A DNA stretch of 64,000 nucleotides from Octopus vulgaris (GCA_951406725.2 OX597816.1:64852001-64916000), one strand, 5' to 3'; shown: positions 13,907-27,648, numbered from the stretch's first letter. Numbers and translations: made by a program. The notes: generated from the letters alone by a model not told the origin.

Positions 13907-14797
13907 CCGCACATACATACATATATATAATCACAAATGTACATGTTCTTGCACATTAGTTGGTGTACATATGATTGTATGTGTTTGTGTATGTGTGTAT
14001 ATATGTATTTAGTTGCAATATGATGGCTTGTGTCTGCATATCTGTATGTCTCTGTGTTTCTGCATTTTACTATGGTCTTCATCTTGGTTAATGAATATTT
14101 AATTAAATTATCTCTTTCCTCATCAAATATTTAGCATTCGTGTCAAGAACTCTAACTGCATTACTTCTACAGTATACACTCCCTCTGGAGATGTCTCATC
14201 GGTTTGTTGTTATCGTTGTTGTTATTATCCTTATTATTATTTTTTTCATTATGTTCATTGAGATATATTACTCATAACACTATTTGATGTTCCTACCAGC
14301 TATTTTAACGATAAGAAAGAAACTGATCGAAATATTAAAAAATATATAAACAAATTACAAACTACAACTAAGAGCATACTGAAAGAAAAGGAAGACAAGC
14401 CAACGAATGAAATGAAGATGATAGCAAGAAAACAATATTTTAAACTATTGTATTGTTATCTAATTTGCATCAATGCGTCAGTAAAGCAAAAACTATATAT
14501 GTTTGATTAAAACCGTTGATGTTCTGCAAAAACAAGTAATTTTCTTCATAAAATCACACATTTCAATTTTGAAAATTTCCACAGTAAAGTACCAGAGTTG
14601 TTATATATATTCCGCATACTTATCTATTTTCCCTCCTTCTTCATACACATGCACACACACATAGTATATATCCGTATGCGCGCATACGGGTATATACAGT
14701 CACCCTCATATATGTATTAATACACAAGCTACCATACACTCACATTCACACACATTCTCTCGCACATAACGGTGTTCGTATAATCGTTAATGTTTGC

Positions 14798-14832
<35 letters not shown>

Positions 14833-14837
<5 letters not shown>

Positions 14838-15010
14838 TAGCCGTATTTCGTCTGTTCTTACGTTCTGAGTTCAAATTTCGCCGAGGTCAACTTTGCCTTC
14901 CATCATTTCGGGGTCGATAAATTAAGTACCAGTTACGCACTGGGATCGATGTAATCGACTTAATCCGTTTATCTGTCCTTTTTTGTCCCCTCTGTGTTTA
15001 GCCCCTTGTC
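14833..15010 (+). mobile_element. SINE family A, 5' truncated
   Basis: GAGTTCAAATTTCGCCGAGGTCAACTTTGCCTTCCATC...GTCGATAAATTAAGTACCAG. Confidence 0.85.
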
Positions 15011-15219
15011 ACGCACACACGCGCGCACACATATATATATATATAGGTATGCTAGTGCAAACAGGAGAACTAGAACTCAAAATATGAGTATATGTATATT
15101 TTTATGAATATTTAGGAGAAGCAGCAGTGTGACGCAAGGGTTCAACATTTTCGTGCTTTGGTACAGGGCCAACGCACAAAATTCTTGATCCTTGTGTCAC
15201 TCTATTACTTCAGATATAT

Positions 15220-15587
15220 AGGAGTGGCTGTGTGGTAAGTAGCTAGCTTACCAACCACATGGTTCCGGGTTCATTCCCACTGGGTGGTACGTTGGGCAAG
15301 TGTTTTCTACTATAGCCCCGGGCCGACCAAGCCTTGTGAGTAGATTTGGTAGATAGAAACTGAAAGAAGCCCGTCGTATAGATGTATATGTATATATATA
15401 ATCGCCATGATAGATCGTTAACCACTACACACATTTTTTCTCTCCTTGTTTTCTCCTTGACTTTTCCTGTATCCCTTTTTGTACAAGAGCGTAGGCTCGA
15501 AACATAAAACACTTTTTCTATACTCATACATCTGTTTGTTTTGTACACCACCTGTCATCGTCTTTTATTTTTTTCGTAAACTCTCCC

Positions 15588-15632
<45 letters not shown>

Positions 15633-15910
15633 TATGTATGTATGTATGTATGTATGTATGTATGTATGTATGTATGTATGTATGTATGTGTGTGTATATG
15701 TCTTTGTGTCTGAGTTTGTCCCCACAACATTGCTTGACAACCGATGTTGGTGTATTTACGTCCCCGTAACGTAGCGGTTCGGCAAAAGAGGCCGATAGAA
15801 TAAGTACTAGGCTTACAAAGAATAAGTCCTGGAGTCGATTTGCTCGACTAAAGGCGGTGCTCTAGCATGGCCGCAGTCAAATGACTGAAACAAACAAAAG
15901 AGAGTAAAAG
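15220..15910 (+). mobile_element. SINE family B, full length, interrupted by a PLE pseudo-LTR remnant
   Basis: Head at 15220-15380 and tail at 15690-15910; a foreign segment at 15400-15590 sits in the internal microsatellite. Confidence 0.9.
15400..15590 (+). mobile_element. Penelope pseudo-LTR remnant with decayed hammerhead motif
   Basis: Shares GAGCGTAGGCTCGAA, CATCTGTTTGTT and TACACCACCTGTC with the 3' end of the PLE at 47180-47350 (minus strand); flanked by (TA)n. Confidence 0.7.
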
Positions 15911-15933
15911 TTATATATATATATATATATATA

Positions 15934-16104
15934 CCGGAGTAAACACATAAATGTCAAACAAGGTGGAAAAAAAAGTACTCAAATACCAGTGGTAGAGTAA
16001 TACGCTTTATTTAAAGCAGCAGAAAATTCAACAAAACCTGTTACTCTGAGTTTCCCGTTGCAGAGTAACAGGTTTTGTTGAATTTTCTGCTGCTTTAAAT
16101 AAAG
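15934..16104. repeat. Perfect 44-bp inverted repeat, probably an inverted Penelope pLTR remnant
   Basis: Arms at 16005-16048 and 16061-16104 with a 12-nt loop AGTTTCCCGTTG; flanked by (TA)n. Confidence 0.85.
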
Positions 16105-16771
16105 TATATATATATATATAATAGAAATATTAAAATTACTAAGTCTATATATATATATGGATAGATTTATACAAGCATGATAGATAGATAGATACACTGA
16201 AATAGACAGAAAGCAAGAAAGACTAGGAAAGATTGATATCGATCATCTATACCATATATGCTTATGGGCACGTTGGTGACGATGATAAAGTATGGCTTTC
16301 GATGAAAAGAATAAGAGACATACTTTCATAATATGGAAGCGTTATACGATTTCGTATAAAATGTCTGTTCCTGAAATGAAGCATTCTTACATGTATGTGT
16401 AAATTTATAACGTGAATAACCAGGAATATATTATTAATGTATATAATATACCTCATAAGCAAGTTGGATGACCTATGATTTGTTGAAGAGGTAATAGATT
16501 AGTATTTCCTGGAGCTTCATATGACAAGCTGCATTTACATTCTTTTGCTTAACAAGCTGGAAATAGAAGCTGACCTCACCCTCAAATATTTTATTGGCAA
16601 CATAAGCGAGCAGAAGCTAAATTGGAAAAAAACGTGAACATTGGACAGTGCAATCCACGCTATTCAAAACGTGGGATGGTCGTGGATTTCATATCTTTGA
16701 TCATGTTCTTTTCAATCAGACCCTATAAGTAAACGATATCATAATGACTTTTTCGATAATTAAGTTTTATA

Positions 16772-17335
16772 TTGGGTTGTCAGAAAAGTTCGTCACGATT
16801 TTTAAAGGAAAGAAAACGGTCAATAAATATTTGCCATTACATTTTTAATCAGCCAAATATGAACCATTTTGTGCCACAATGCGTCTCCATCTTTCCTTTA
16901 GCTTGAAAATACCCTCTTCCCAGAACTGAGGTGGTTTCATGGCAAAGAATTCATCAACGTATCTTTTTACGCCATCCAAGAAATTGAAATGTTTACCATT
17001 AAAACCATTCTGCAGAGACCTGAATAAGTGGAAATCCGAAGGAGCAATATCTGGTGAATATAGGGGATTGGGGTAACACATCCCAGCCGAGCTGCAGCAG
17101 TTTTTGTCTGGTTCCCAAAGCATCAAGTACCGAAAATGAACTTTCTAATCTATTTTAAAGGGTTACAGAATTAACACAGGCTATAGGAACATAAACCTTC
17201 TTCCACGAAAAGATAGCTTAAACTGTGCTCTAAATGGAGGTGTAGTCAAATCCTATATTATGAGCTCAACCATGTTCTAAAATAGGTCGAAATATAAGCT
17301 ATAATAAATCGGCACGAACTTTCCGGACAACCCAA
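16772..17335 (-). mobile_element. Internally deleted non-autonomous mariner, copy 1
   Basis: TIRs TTGGGTTGTC(C/A)G(G/A)AAAGTTCGT with TA flanks; encodes YSPDIAPSDFHLFRSLQN...KLKERWRRIV..NGSY. Confidence 0.95.
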
Positions 17336-18678
17336 TACATTCATAATGTCGTGATAGGTATGGCTTGAGCTTCATCAATGACGTGTATACGCGATTAGAG
17401 TTGATATTCATTTAAACATATGATTACAACATATCATTTTGTCACAAGCTTGTGAGGACGATTCTACGTGGACATTTTATCTGTTAGAAATAGTAACCAA
17501 ACTCGTCCTAATTACATATTACTGTTTTCAATATCCAAACGAATCAGTAAATAATGTTGTCTTACATACCCCTAAAATAAATGGTTAGTTACAGTTGGAA
17601 TGCCTTCATTCATAATTATTGTCTGTGAGAGCTGACCGGGGCTAAACAGCAACAGCTGCAATAACAACAAGAACATCAATATATGAGCTAAAACTGCCAG
17701 TTGTTGAATAATTGAAGCGAATTTCCCAAATCTCAGTAACTGTTTAAATTATCAAATTTATTTCCTAATACTGCATCCCCGAGGGTTTAATTATATCTAT
17801 TAAGAGACATTCTCAATCTTTCCATGTTCATTCTTCTTATTTACAACCAATTACCAACGTGCGTCCGATAATTATACATTGTAAAGTTTCGTAACAAAAT
17901 GATCATTTCAACCACTAAGCTTTGATGCTGCTTACGTCAACTTACAACATGTGCAACTCTGAAATTACAACGTAACATTTAGTGAACGTAATGGCTTATA
18001 TCATCATCATTATATTTGAATTTGAACATAGCCATTTTCTTATATAGCCATTTATCAAGTGGTCAATTTGATAACCTATCATCAAGACTTACATCAATGA
18101 CCGAAAGGTATCCATATATCCTTCCCGAAGTATTTTGCTGCGTTCTGAAAATGTTTAAATTCTCCATTATTTGTACAACCCAATTTCAATAGTTTGTGCA
18201 TGGCATACTAGTAACAAACAAAGGAGATACTTCACAAGACTCTGAGCTAGAAATAGATAACGTTGAAAGGTCCACTGATTAAAATAATAACGTTCATAAT
18301 TAATTATATCGAAAGTTTTCCCATTTCATAATCAGCATTCTGTGAATTTTCTTTGCATTCAAGGCTTTCGTTCCACATCTCTGACGTAAAATAACTAAAC
18401 AAAAAAAAATGAAAATGCAATAATATCAATTTTTCTACATATCGCCCTCCACCCAATGCCTTGCAGTTTTATTCCCCGACGAGTAAAATCAAAGGAGGAT
18501 GCTTCATCTGCTAAAGCTAGCATTCATATCATGTGCAGAAAACATGAAGTTAGGGACAGATATTGCTGACCTACGTATTGAAGCTGAGGAGCTTCCCAAA
18601 CTACTTAAATAACAATATTTATATACATACATAAATACACACATATATATGTATGTATGTGTGTATGTATATAAGAAC

Positions 18679-18730
<52 letters not shown>

Positions 18731-20299
18731 AAGTAAATTGGAAAGTACTGCACGAGTGATAATATGAAGGGAAGAGGATTTGAAAATACAGAGAAGTATT
18801 TTAATCATGTTTATTGACTTGACCGGTTTCACTTTTTTTTTAAAATGGTTTTCAAAAGTAAGATGTAAGGCTTTAAAAATAGTAAAGTGTTACACAATAT
18901 TTAACATAGATGTATTAAAATACAGTGATAGGGTATTTGACAATGATAAGAAAATGTTAAAAAATAGAACCTCTGAGAATGATAAGAAAATGTTAAGAGG
19001 GGCTTTGTTTATAAACAGTTTACATAAAAGTATTCAAAACACGCAGAAAAATAAATTCATAATTATTCATAAGTTTATCAAAAGTCATGATTGTTTATAA
19101 GCATATATACAGAAAGAATTTGTTGACAGTATTTGATATAAAATTTGATAGTCAAAAAAGCTTCATCAGAAATCATTTGTAAATATTCATATAGGATTTT
19201 TGGGGAATAACCGGCCTTTTTCCTTCATCTCCAGCATCCTGTATATATAGGTTATAAGAGATAATGATATCATTGAGACCCAAACGTGTCAGGTAATGCT
19301 GAAAAAGTGCTATAGACAGACCATAGTAAAGTTCCAGATTCGGTAATTTTGCGAATAATGGGTTTTTATCTCATTACGAAAAAAAATCTTATATATATAT
19401 ATATGCTTGTGTGTGTCTGTGTGTCTGTGTGCGTGCATGTATCTGTGTGTGTATATATATATACATATTTGAGTATGTTCTTATACCAAATGATATATAA
19501 AAGCAATTTGTATATTACACTGAAAAAATACTTATGAATTTTTAACCTTTACAAAAGGAGAGTTGAAAGCGATGTCAAGGTTTTGGCCTTGTCTGTAAGG
19601 TAGCAAGCCATTGTTAATCTTCTTCATGTAAAGCTGTCTGTCTATCTCCCTGTTTCTCTCTCTCTCTTTCTCTGTATCTTTCTGTATCTTTATGTATCTC
19701 TCTCTCTCTTCCCTTCTCTTTCTCTCTTTCTTTCTTTCTTCCTTTCTCTCTCTCTCTCTCTTGATATGTGTGTGTGTGTGAACGTCTGTTTATCTACCTA
19801 TCTGTCCGTACAGTGAAGAATAGGCTAAATTTGCATGTATGTAGATTCTCTCGCGTTTTCCAAAGCTGACTTCTTTTACCATGTTGACATTTCATCCAAC
19901 AGTATTGTTTTCTTTGCTTTTATTTTGCACGTGATTAGATTTGCGAATTCACGTTTTCTGTCTGGACAAGTTTCTAAACATGTGATGTATTTTCTCAATT
20001 ACAGAGTTAATAGCTGTGTAGATCGAGCAGATTATTCGATTTTATTATCTGCAGGTCTTTCCTCATGTATAATCAGGCCGTTACTATTTCGTGCAGTGTG
20101 TTCACGAAGCTTCTAAACGTTATCTTTGTTGTTGCTGAAGTTTTACCCCAAGCCTACGGTGACGGAATAGACCTATATTTATAAGACTCTCAGTCAAGAT
20201 ACTTATGTTGATTTAAGGGACGTTAGATCTAAACATTCGTTATCTATTGAATCCTTACCGAGACAAGTGAGTCATCAAAGCGTTGGATAAAAGGAGTAG

Positions 20300-20440
20300 C
20301 GCGAATTCTACCACAAGAGGCGACTTTGCTTTCATCCTTCCAGGCTCGATTAAATAAGTACCAATTGAGCAACTGGGAGCGATAAAATTGATTGACTCCG
20401 TGCTTAAAATTCCTGGTCTTGTCTTAAAATTACAAAGAAT
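20300..20440 (+). mobile_element. Decayed SINE family A
   Basis: CGACTTTGCTTTCATCCTTCC..TCGATTAAATAAGTACC. Confidence 0.6.
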
Positions 20441-22242
20441 TACTCATTGGCTGTGCCACTTCTTTCAAGACAGGCGACTGTGCTATGACGGAGATTTTGC
20501 TGCTGATTGTATCCGGCCATGCGAGGCAACAATGTCGCTGGAATCCATGAGGAGAACGCCTTTGTTGCCATCGTTATATAGAAACTCTCTCTATCACCTT
20601 TTAATTCGCCTGACCTTGATTAAATGGGAGACCTTTCCTTGAGGTTCAATATCTATGGCATGCTATATATATTATTTATTGACTGACACAATTAATTTGA
20701 CATTCAATGTCATAAATCCGAGAGAAAACAATGTTAATATTTTAGCTATGTTATATATTAGCCATGGGTCAGATATTCGTTTGGTTTATTGGTAGAGTGT
20801 CGGCTTCGTGTTGTCGGTGTCTATGTCTCAGTTGCTTAGATTTAAAGCAATGTTTTGATTGATATTACCAATGTAACATTTCATTTATGCTTCAGCAACA
20901 AAGATATGAAACAGCATTTCTGTTTTGTTGGCTTTTTTTCTCTCTTTCCTAGTCTGAATATCACTTTCAATGGATTTTATGTATTATTTATACTTCTGTG
21001 ATTCAATGTACATACAACTGCATATTTTCTGCAGACCTACATTTTTATTGACATTTATCAATTCGTTACCTATATTATTTTTATTAATATTGCTATTGAT
21101 ATTATTGTTTATATTGTTGTTGTCGTTGTTGCTGTTGCTGCTACACTTATTTTTGTTTTTGTGGTTGTTCTTCAGGTTGTTTTATATTAGTTCACATTCT
21201 AGTTAGCTTGATTTCCAGGATCGGATATATGTATATGTGTGTGTGTGTGTGTGTGTATGTGTGTGTGTGTGTATGTGTGTGTGTGTGTGTGTATGTGTGT
21301 GTGTGTGTGTGTGATTGTAAATATATATATATATATATATATGTATTTATATATATATATATAAGTATATATATATGTATATGTATATCTATATATAAAT
21401 ATATACATATATATACATATATATATAAATGTATATATATATGTATGTATATATATATATATACATATATATGTATACACATACATATATATATATATGT
21501 GTATATATATATATGTATGTATGTATGTATGTATACACATAGGATGTGCATGTGTGTGTGCATCTACACAATGAAGCTGATATACGTATACATACAAATA
21601 TATGCGTATATGTATGTGAGTGCGTGAGTGAGTCTGTGTCTGTTTGTCTGTGTACCTGTGTGACTCTGTGTCAGTGTATGTATGTATGTATGTGTATGCA
21701 GTGTTCTTCCTATAAACTATATTGCAAGTTATAACGTCATGAATGCATCTTGGGAAATCTTGTAAAAGCATCTCTTATCATAAGTTTTACACACTATTTT
21801 TACCGGCCAATGGAGATGTATTATTGCTTCGATATAAACATATGCACACATAAGGACTAACAATAACATATGTTTACGAGTGTGTGTATATGTATAATGA
21901 TTGAAAGCTTCCCAGTTGTGAGCTTGTGCAACAATGGTCTTTGTATGTGTGTGTGTGTGTCTGTGTGCATATGTATGTGTGCATGAGTTTGTGTGTGTTC
22001 GTATGTATTTCCGTGTATGTGTGTAGAGGGATGTTTGAGAATGTCTACACTTACATGTTTGTTTCTGTAAGTTAATATAGATGTTTCAAAAATTCCATAA
22101 ATTGTTATGCAACAAGATATCAGCCGATTCGATTAATTGTAATATGCATATAAACTTAGTACGACATTTTACATAGATACTAGACCTTATTTTCCACACA
22201 TCTCAGACACACACACACATATATATATATATCTTTGCATGC

Positions 22243-22312
<70 letters not shown>

Positions 22313-22358
22313 GTATACATATACACAGGTACATATATATATACATATGCACAGGTAC

Positions 22359-22411
<53 letters not shown>

Positions 22412-22547
22412 TATACATACACACAAACACATATATATGAATGCATATGTGCCTCTGTGTTTGAATCTGTTTTCGTGTTTGTAAGCGTTGTAAAATTTTG
22501 CAGTCTATGTTGACATGTATATATATTTACCTGTATATGTATATATG

Positions 22548-22596
<49 letters not shown>

Positions 22597-22671
22597 GTGT
22601 GTGTGTTTATATGTGTATATATTATGGACAGCTGTATTTGTGCACATATCTATACATACATATATATCTAA

Positions 22672-22711
<40 letters not shown>

Positions 22712-23055
22712 ATACATAGGAAATGGATCTCAGTTGTACATGAAAGTAAGCGTTTAAAGACAATATTTACACCAATGATGTGTTAAGTGTTGAACCACAC
22801 TCCAGCTTTATTTTCTACTAAAATTTCCAATATTTTCCGAAATGCGCTCGGGTAAAAATGGAAATAATATTATTAGAAATAGATTTATGTCCTTAGATTG
22901 GGAATTTAGAATATTAGATATTTTTTCTTCTTCACGCTTTTAGGTTTATTTCAATTTGATTTTCATTTTATGTTTCCATTAATAAACTGGCATACACACA
23001 GCTATATGCATTAAGTAAAATATACATACATATATATATATGTATACATACATAT

Positions 23056-23114
<59 letters not shown>

Positions 23115-23793
23115 AGCATCCTTATATACAAGTGTCCTTATACACAAATATATAAGATATTTTACGCTCATATGTATATATATATACCTATATACCTGAA
23201 GTGAATAAAGACAGGTAGACAGATAGATAGATTGACATATGCATGTACATAAATATATATGTATATATAATTATGTATATGTGTGTGTATGCGTGTGTGT
23301 GTATCGAAAGGTGCTATTCATCCCCACTTAAATGAGGATGTTTTGTTAGAACAAGCTATACTGCGATAGTTACCATGTGAGGAACTCTCACATTTGTTGT
23401 TGATACAAAATTCTCTCTAGTATATATCGCTTGCGGGCAAATAAACACTCCCCATCTTCAAGCACCGAGACAACTAGATCTATTATTAATAAAACCTAGA
23501 ATGTTCGAAATCTCGTGAGTTGGTGCTCGCGACGTTAGAGGTGGCGGGATTTTACCTGCCCGTTAGTGATATGAAGAAGAGCACATTTTACACCAAAATG
23601 TAATATGAAATTTTCTCGCTTAATTTATTCTTACGAAACTTCCAAGTGTAAGTGGTAGTAAATTATAAATATTATCTCTTGGTATTAATGCTGCCATTGT
23701 CGCTCATATATATATTTATATTTATTGGCTACTTAAGTTGAGGCAACAGAATTTAATACGGTATTATCCATACAATTTCAAAAGATGGCGAAT

Positions 23794-23909
23794 AAATCAA
23801 AATAAATAACAAGGATATCCAGAGGTAATGCAGTACGATCGTTTCAAATGGAGTCGCTTGAAACGATCGTACTGATTATATCTGGATGTCCCTGTTGCTT
23901 ATTTTGATT

Positions 23910-23910
<1 letters not shown>
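23794..23910. repeat. Imperfect ~54-bp inverted repeat, probably an inverted Penelope pLTR remnant
   Basis: AAATCAAAATAA..CAGTACGATCGTTTCAA, loop ATGGAGTCGC, then TTGAAACGATCGTACTG..TTATTTTGATTT; abuts (TA)n. Confidence 0.8.
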
Positions 23911-23982
<72 letters not shown>

Positions 23983-23984
23983 AT

Positions 23985-24380
23985 GATAATGGTTTCCCGG
24001 GAATATGTTTGCAGTTATACAATCGCAGTGTGAATGTGTTCCCGTCATCTTCGATGAGAGTTAGACGTAGGATTTCATATGACATAAAAGCAAACGGTCT
24101 GGATAAGTAAAAGAGTGGAAATAATCTTTCAGTAACTGTGGTATCAGTTGCTTCCTTTGTCGGCAATTAAGTTAATAATACGTGACCGCATGTGTACCAT
24201 TGGCGATTTTTTTTCCTCCGTCTTCCCTTCTCTTGATCTTTCCTTTTCCTATGTTTCTGACGAAGAGCTCCGCTCGAACCGTTAATCCCTCCTTCTTCCC
24301 TTCCTTCCTGAGCGTCCAATAATACTATATTTGTTCCACGTCCTCGCGTTGTTGTGTTTTCATGTTTGCATTAACTTTAT
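23985..24380 (+). mobile_element. Penelope pseudo-LTR-like remnant with hammerhead motif
   Basis: Contains GTTT-CTGACGA-A-GAGC-TCC-GCTC-GAACCGTT-AATC at 24253-24288; has pyrimidine-rich flanks and lies between microsatellites. Confidence 0.65.
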
Positions 24381-24522
24381 AAATGTGTGTGTGTGTGTAT
24401 ATATATATACACGCATACATGCACACATACTTCTAAAATTTGTTAAGTTTATCTCTACAAATAATAGCCAGCACTGATTTTGTTATGACGTTACCTATTC
24501 GAGAACCCAGACGTAAACAACA

Positions 24523-24661
24523 GTAGCTTGCTTACGAACTACATGATTCCGGGTTCATTCCCAATGCGTGGCACCTTGGGCAAGTGTCTTCTACTATAGC
24601 GTCGGGCCGTCCAAATCCATGTGAGTGGATTTGATAGACGGAAACGAAAAGAACCCTGTCG

Positions 24662-24722
<61 letters not shown>

Positions 24723-24780
24723 GTATACAGACAGACAGACATACAGACAGACAGACAGACAGATAGACAGACAGACAGAC

Positions 24781-24833
<53 letters not shown>

Positions 24834-25482
24834 TGTTTCTTTATTAGCCACACAGGGCTGCACACAGATAGAACAAATTACAAGGTAGAGCTTTTCTTTT
24901 GAAGGTTTAAGAAAAAAAAAAAAAAAAAAAAAAAGGAAGGGGGAGTTTCGATCAAAAGGGATCGTAAAAGGAGAGAAAGAGGACAAAAAAAAGGGGGTTT
25001 AAAAAAAGGGGGGAGGAAAAAAAATTGATCAATAGGGATCGTTATCACAGAAATGTCAATATGAAGTGTAAAGGGGAGGACAGGTGAGGTTTACCCGTGG
25101 AAAGAAAAGCCTACGGAAAAGACCACGGTAACCTCGGTCAATGATGTCACATTTTATATTTCTTTTTTTTTTTTTTGCAAATAAGCAAACGGGAAGGAAG
25201 AGCTATTTTCATCATCCTTGTGGCTATGGCGAAAGAATGTATCTGGTGGACGCGTCTGAAAGGATTGGAGACAAACACTTTCCTCTCTGGTCAATCTCTC
25301 ATCAACTTCTTCAAGTACCACTTGAAAAGGAAAGTGAGAGTAGAGAGGCAAGTTTTGTCTAGCGAATGTTTTAAAAAAAGATGGGTGAATGTAGCAAGAA
25401 TGGCACGTATGAATGACGAAGCCACCTTGAGCAGATAGATAGATAGATAGATAGATAGAGATATATATATATATATATATAT

Positions 25483-25557
<75 letters not shown>

Positions 25558-25785
25558 TGCATGTGTGTGTATATGTTTGTGTGTCTGTGTTTGTCTCCCA
25601 ACATCGATTTACAAACGATGGTAGTATGTTTACGTACACGTAACTTAGCGGTTCGCAAAAGAGACCGATAGAAAAAGTACTAGGCTTACAAAGAATAAGT
25701 CCTGGGTTCGATTTCCTGAACTAAAAGCGGTGCTCCAGCATGGCCGCAGTCAAATGGCTGAAACAAGTAAACGAATAAAAGAGTA
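24523..25785 (+). mobile_element. SINE family B split by a Tx1-type LINE insertion
   Basis: Head at 24523-24665 and tail at 25560-25785; the insertion lies in the internal (GATA)n. Confidence 0.85.
24832..25433 (-). mobile_element. L1/Tx1-type LINE 3' fragment with inverted 5' part, in (GATA)n
   Basis: Minus 25187-24832 is a 3' UTR ending AATAAAGAAACATA(TCTA)n. Plus 25187-25433 encodes IILVAMAKECIWWTRLKG...FFKYHLKRKVRVER...FKKRWVNV, similar to the Tx1 ORF2 C-terminus. Confidence 0.7.
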
Positions 25786-26035
25786 AGTGTTGTGATATCA
25801 AGGCTAACACAGTAGAACACTTACAAAATTATTCTTCGGTAAATGGTACTGACGGATGCTACTGATAGAATTGTGAAGTTATACATGTATATGTGGCTAT
25901 GCGTATGTATGTGTGCCTTTGTCTGTGTGTGCACGCGTGTGGTTGTATTTGTGTATTTCTATCGGTAGAATACTCTGTGTACGCAGTGGACATCGCATTA
26001 TGAGTGATACATCTTACGGTAGCATGTATCAGCTA

Positions 26036-26074
<39 letters not shown>

Positions 26075-26386
26075 CAGTGATGTTTATATGTTTTATGAAT
26101 AGATATACAAACATATGTGTGTGTGTATATATATATAAATACATAAGTAAATATATATGTATATGCATATATGTTCAAATATATGTGTGTTGCATTTAAG
26201 TGAGGTCAAGCGGGTCACTAACAAAGTGACAAGACGTTTGAGTAAAATTACTGTTGTTATGACAGTAGAATATTACCATTTTTGATTATGATTAACGTTA
26301 GAAAGAATTTCTAAAGCTTCTACTATAACGATCTTCTTTATTACAATCTTTATCTTCGAAATTATTATGATTATTATTATCATTTA

Positions 26387-26610
26387 AGTCAGCGTGCTGG
26401 CAGAATGGTTAGCACGCTGGATGAAATGCTTAGCGGTATTTCGTCCGTCGCTACTTTCTGAGTTCGAATTCAGCCGAGGTCGTCTTTGCCTATCATCCTC
26501 CCTGAGTCGATAAATTAAGTACCAGTTATACACTGCGGTTGATGTAATGAATTAGACCCCTCCCCACAAATTTAAGGCCTAGTGCCTCTAGTAGAAAGGA
26601 TCATTATTAT
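26387..26610 (+). mobile_element. SINE family A
   Basis: GCTGGCAGAATGGTTAGCACGC...GAGTTCGAATTCAGCCGAGGTCGTCTTTGCC. Confidence 0.85.
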
Positions 26611-26678
26611 TATCATCATTCTTATGAATATTTGAAACACTAAAGATGAAATTATAGAGTTAATTACTAAATACTTAC

Positions 26679-26868
26679 CGTATTTTTAGTGTTTATAGTG
26701 AATTTATAGATATCAGGGGGACAGAACGTGCTACAGTTTGTCCAAAGGACCCAGACATTTTCCTGCTAGCATCAACGCTGTTCAGCCCCACAAGACATAG
26801 AAACACGGTGATGAAGGTGTCGAAACTGTTGTGATCTCTGATCAATAGCTGATTGATCGAATTTCCAC
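26679..26868 (-). other. Candidate non-coding or UTR exon
   Basis: Unique, more GC-rich 190 nt bounded by TTCTGCAG| and CG|GTAAGTA; all three frames contain a stop. Confidence 0.2.
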
Positions 26869-27648
26869 CTGCAGAAGTATGCATACACTCCTCGACGCAC
26901 GTGCACACACACACACACACAGACACACTTATATATAGTGATATCAATCACGAATAATACTGCCACTTTTCATTTTCTGCGTGGCATTGTGTTTGTTTAT
27001 TACTATGACACTCTGATGCATTGAAATTTTTTATTGTTGTAATCCTCCATGCTTGGAGAGGGGAATAGAACGCAAAAACATTTTCATAAGAAAACAGTCA
27101 ATTATTAAGTATGCCAAGATTTTTGCGTATCTTCGTCGGTCATTTCTCCTGTGTGAGGATAACTTTCTCCAAGAAATATCCACTTCCTTTGCATCTGTAT
27201 TTTGCAAAATTAAACGCCTTCGAAATGAAGACCCTTTTTAGCAGTAGAAATTTATCGCTGTGTAAATGAAAAACTCATGAATAAGCTTTCCTAAAGAAGA
27301 AAGAAATTCATCACAATCAAGATGTATTGTTACGTTGAAAATATCTAAATACGCAAATGTCATTGAATTATCATTAGTTAAAAATTAGAAACACTCTGAT
27401 ATATTCATTGCTCTTTGCTCCATGCGTACTTTTAAAACTACTATTATACTTCTACTGGAGCACAATGCAGAGTAACTAATATCGAAGAATGTATTTTCGG
27501 AAGCAGAGGTTGCCTGTAAATGATGATCGCCAAACGAAACCTTGCGTAAATTACACCTTAGTTGTACCCTAATAATAGGAGACAGTTTCCCTAGAATCAT
27601 TCACTCAGTATTATAATGAAGAAGTATTATCTTTTGGGGGAATGGATA

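Noticed and set aside
14665-14697. ~30-bp near-perfect palindrome TATATCCGTATGCGCGCATACGGGTATA
   Set aside because: It lies in alternating purine-pyrimidine low-complexity sequence where such palindromes are expected.
16324-16370. 47-nt minus-strand exon candidate (TTTCAG|...|GTATGT)
   Set aside because: Weak donor context, no recognisable peptide and no phase match with the 7254-7283 candidate.
26800-26835. Hammerhead-like GTGATGAAGGTGTCGAAAC
   Set aside because: C3 is missing and no stem II can form; similar partial cores at 49815 and 54353 also lack stems.
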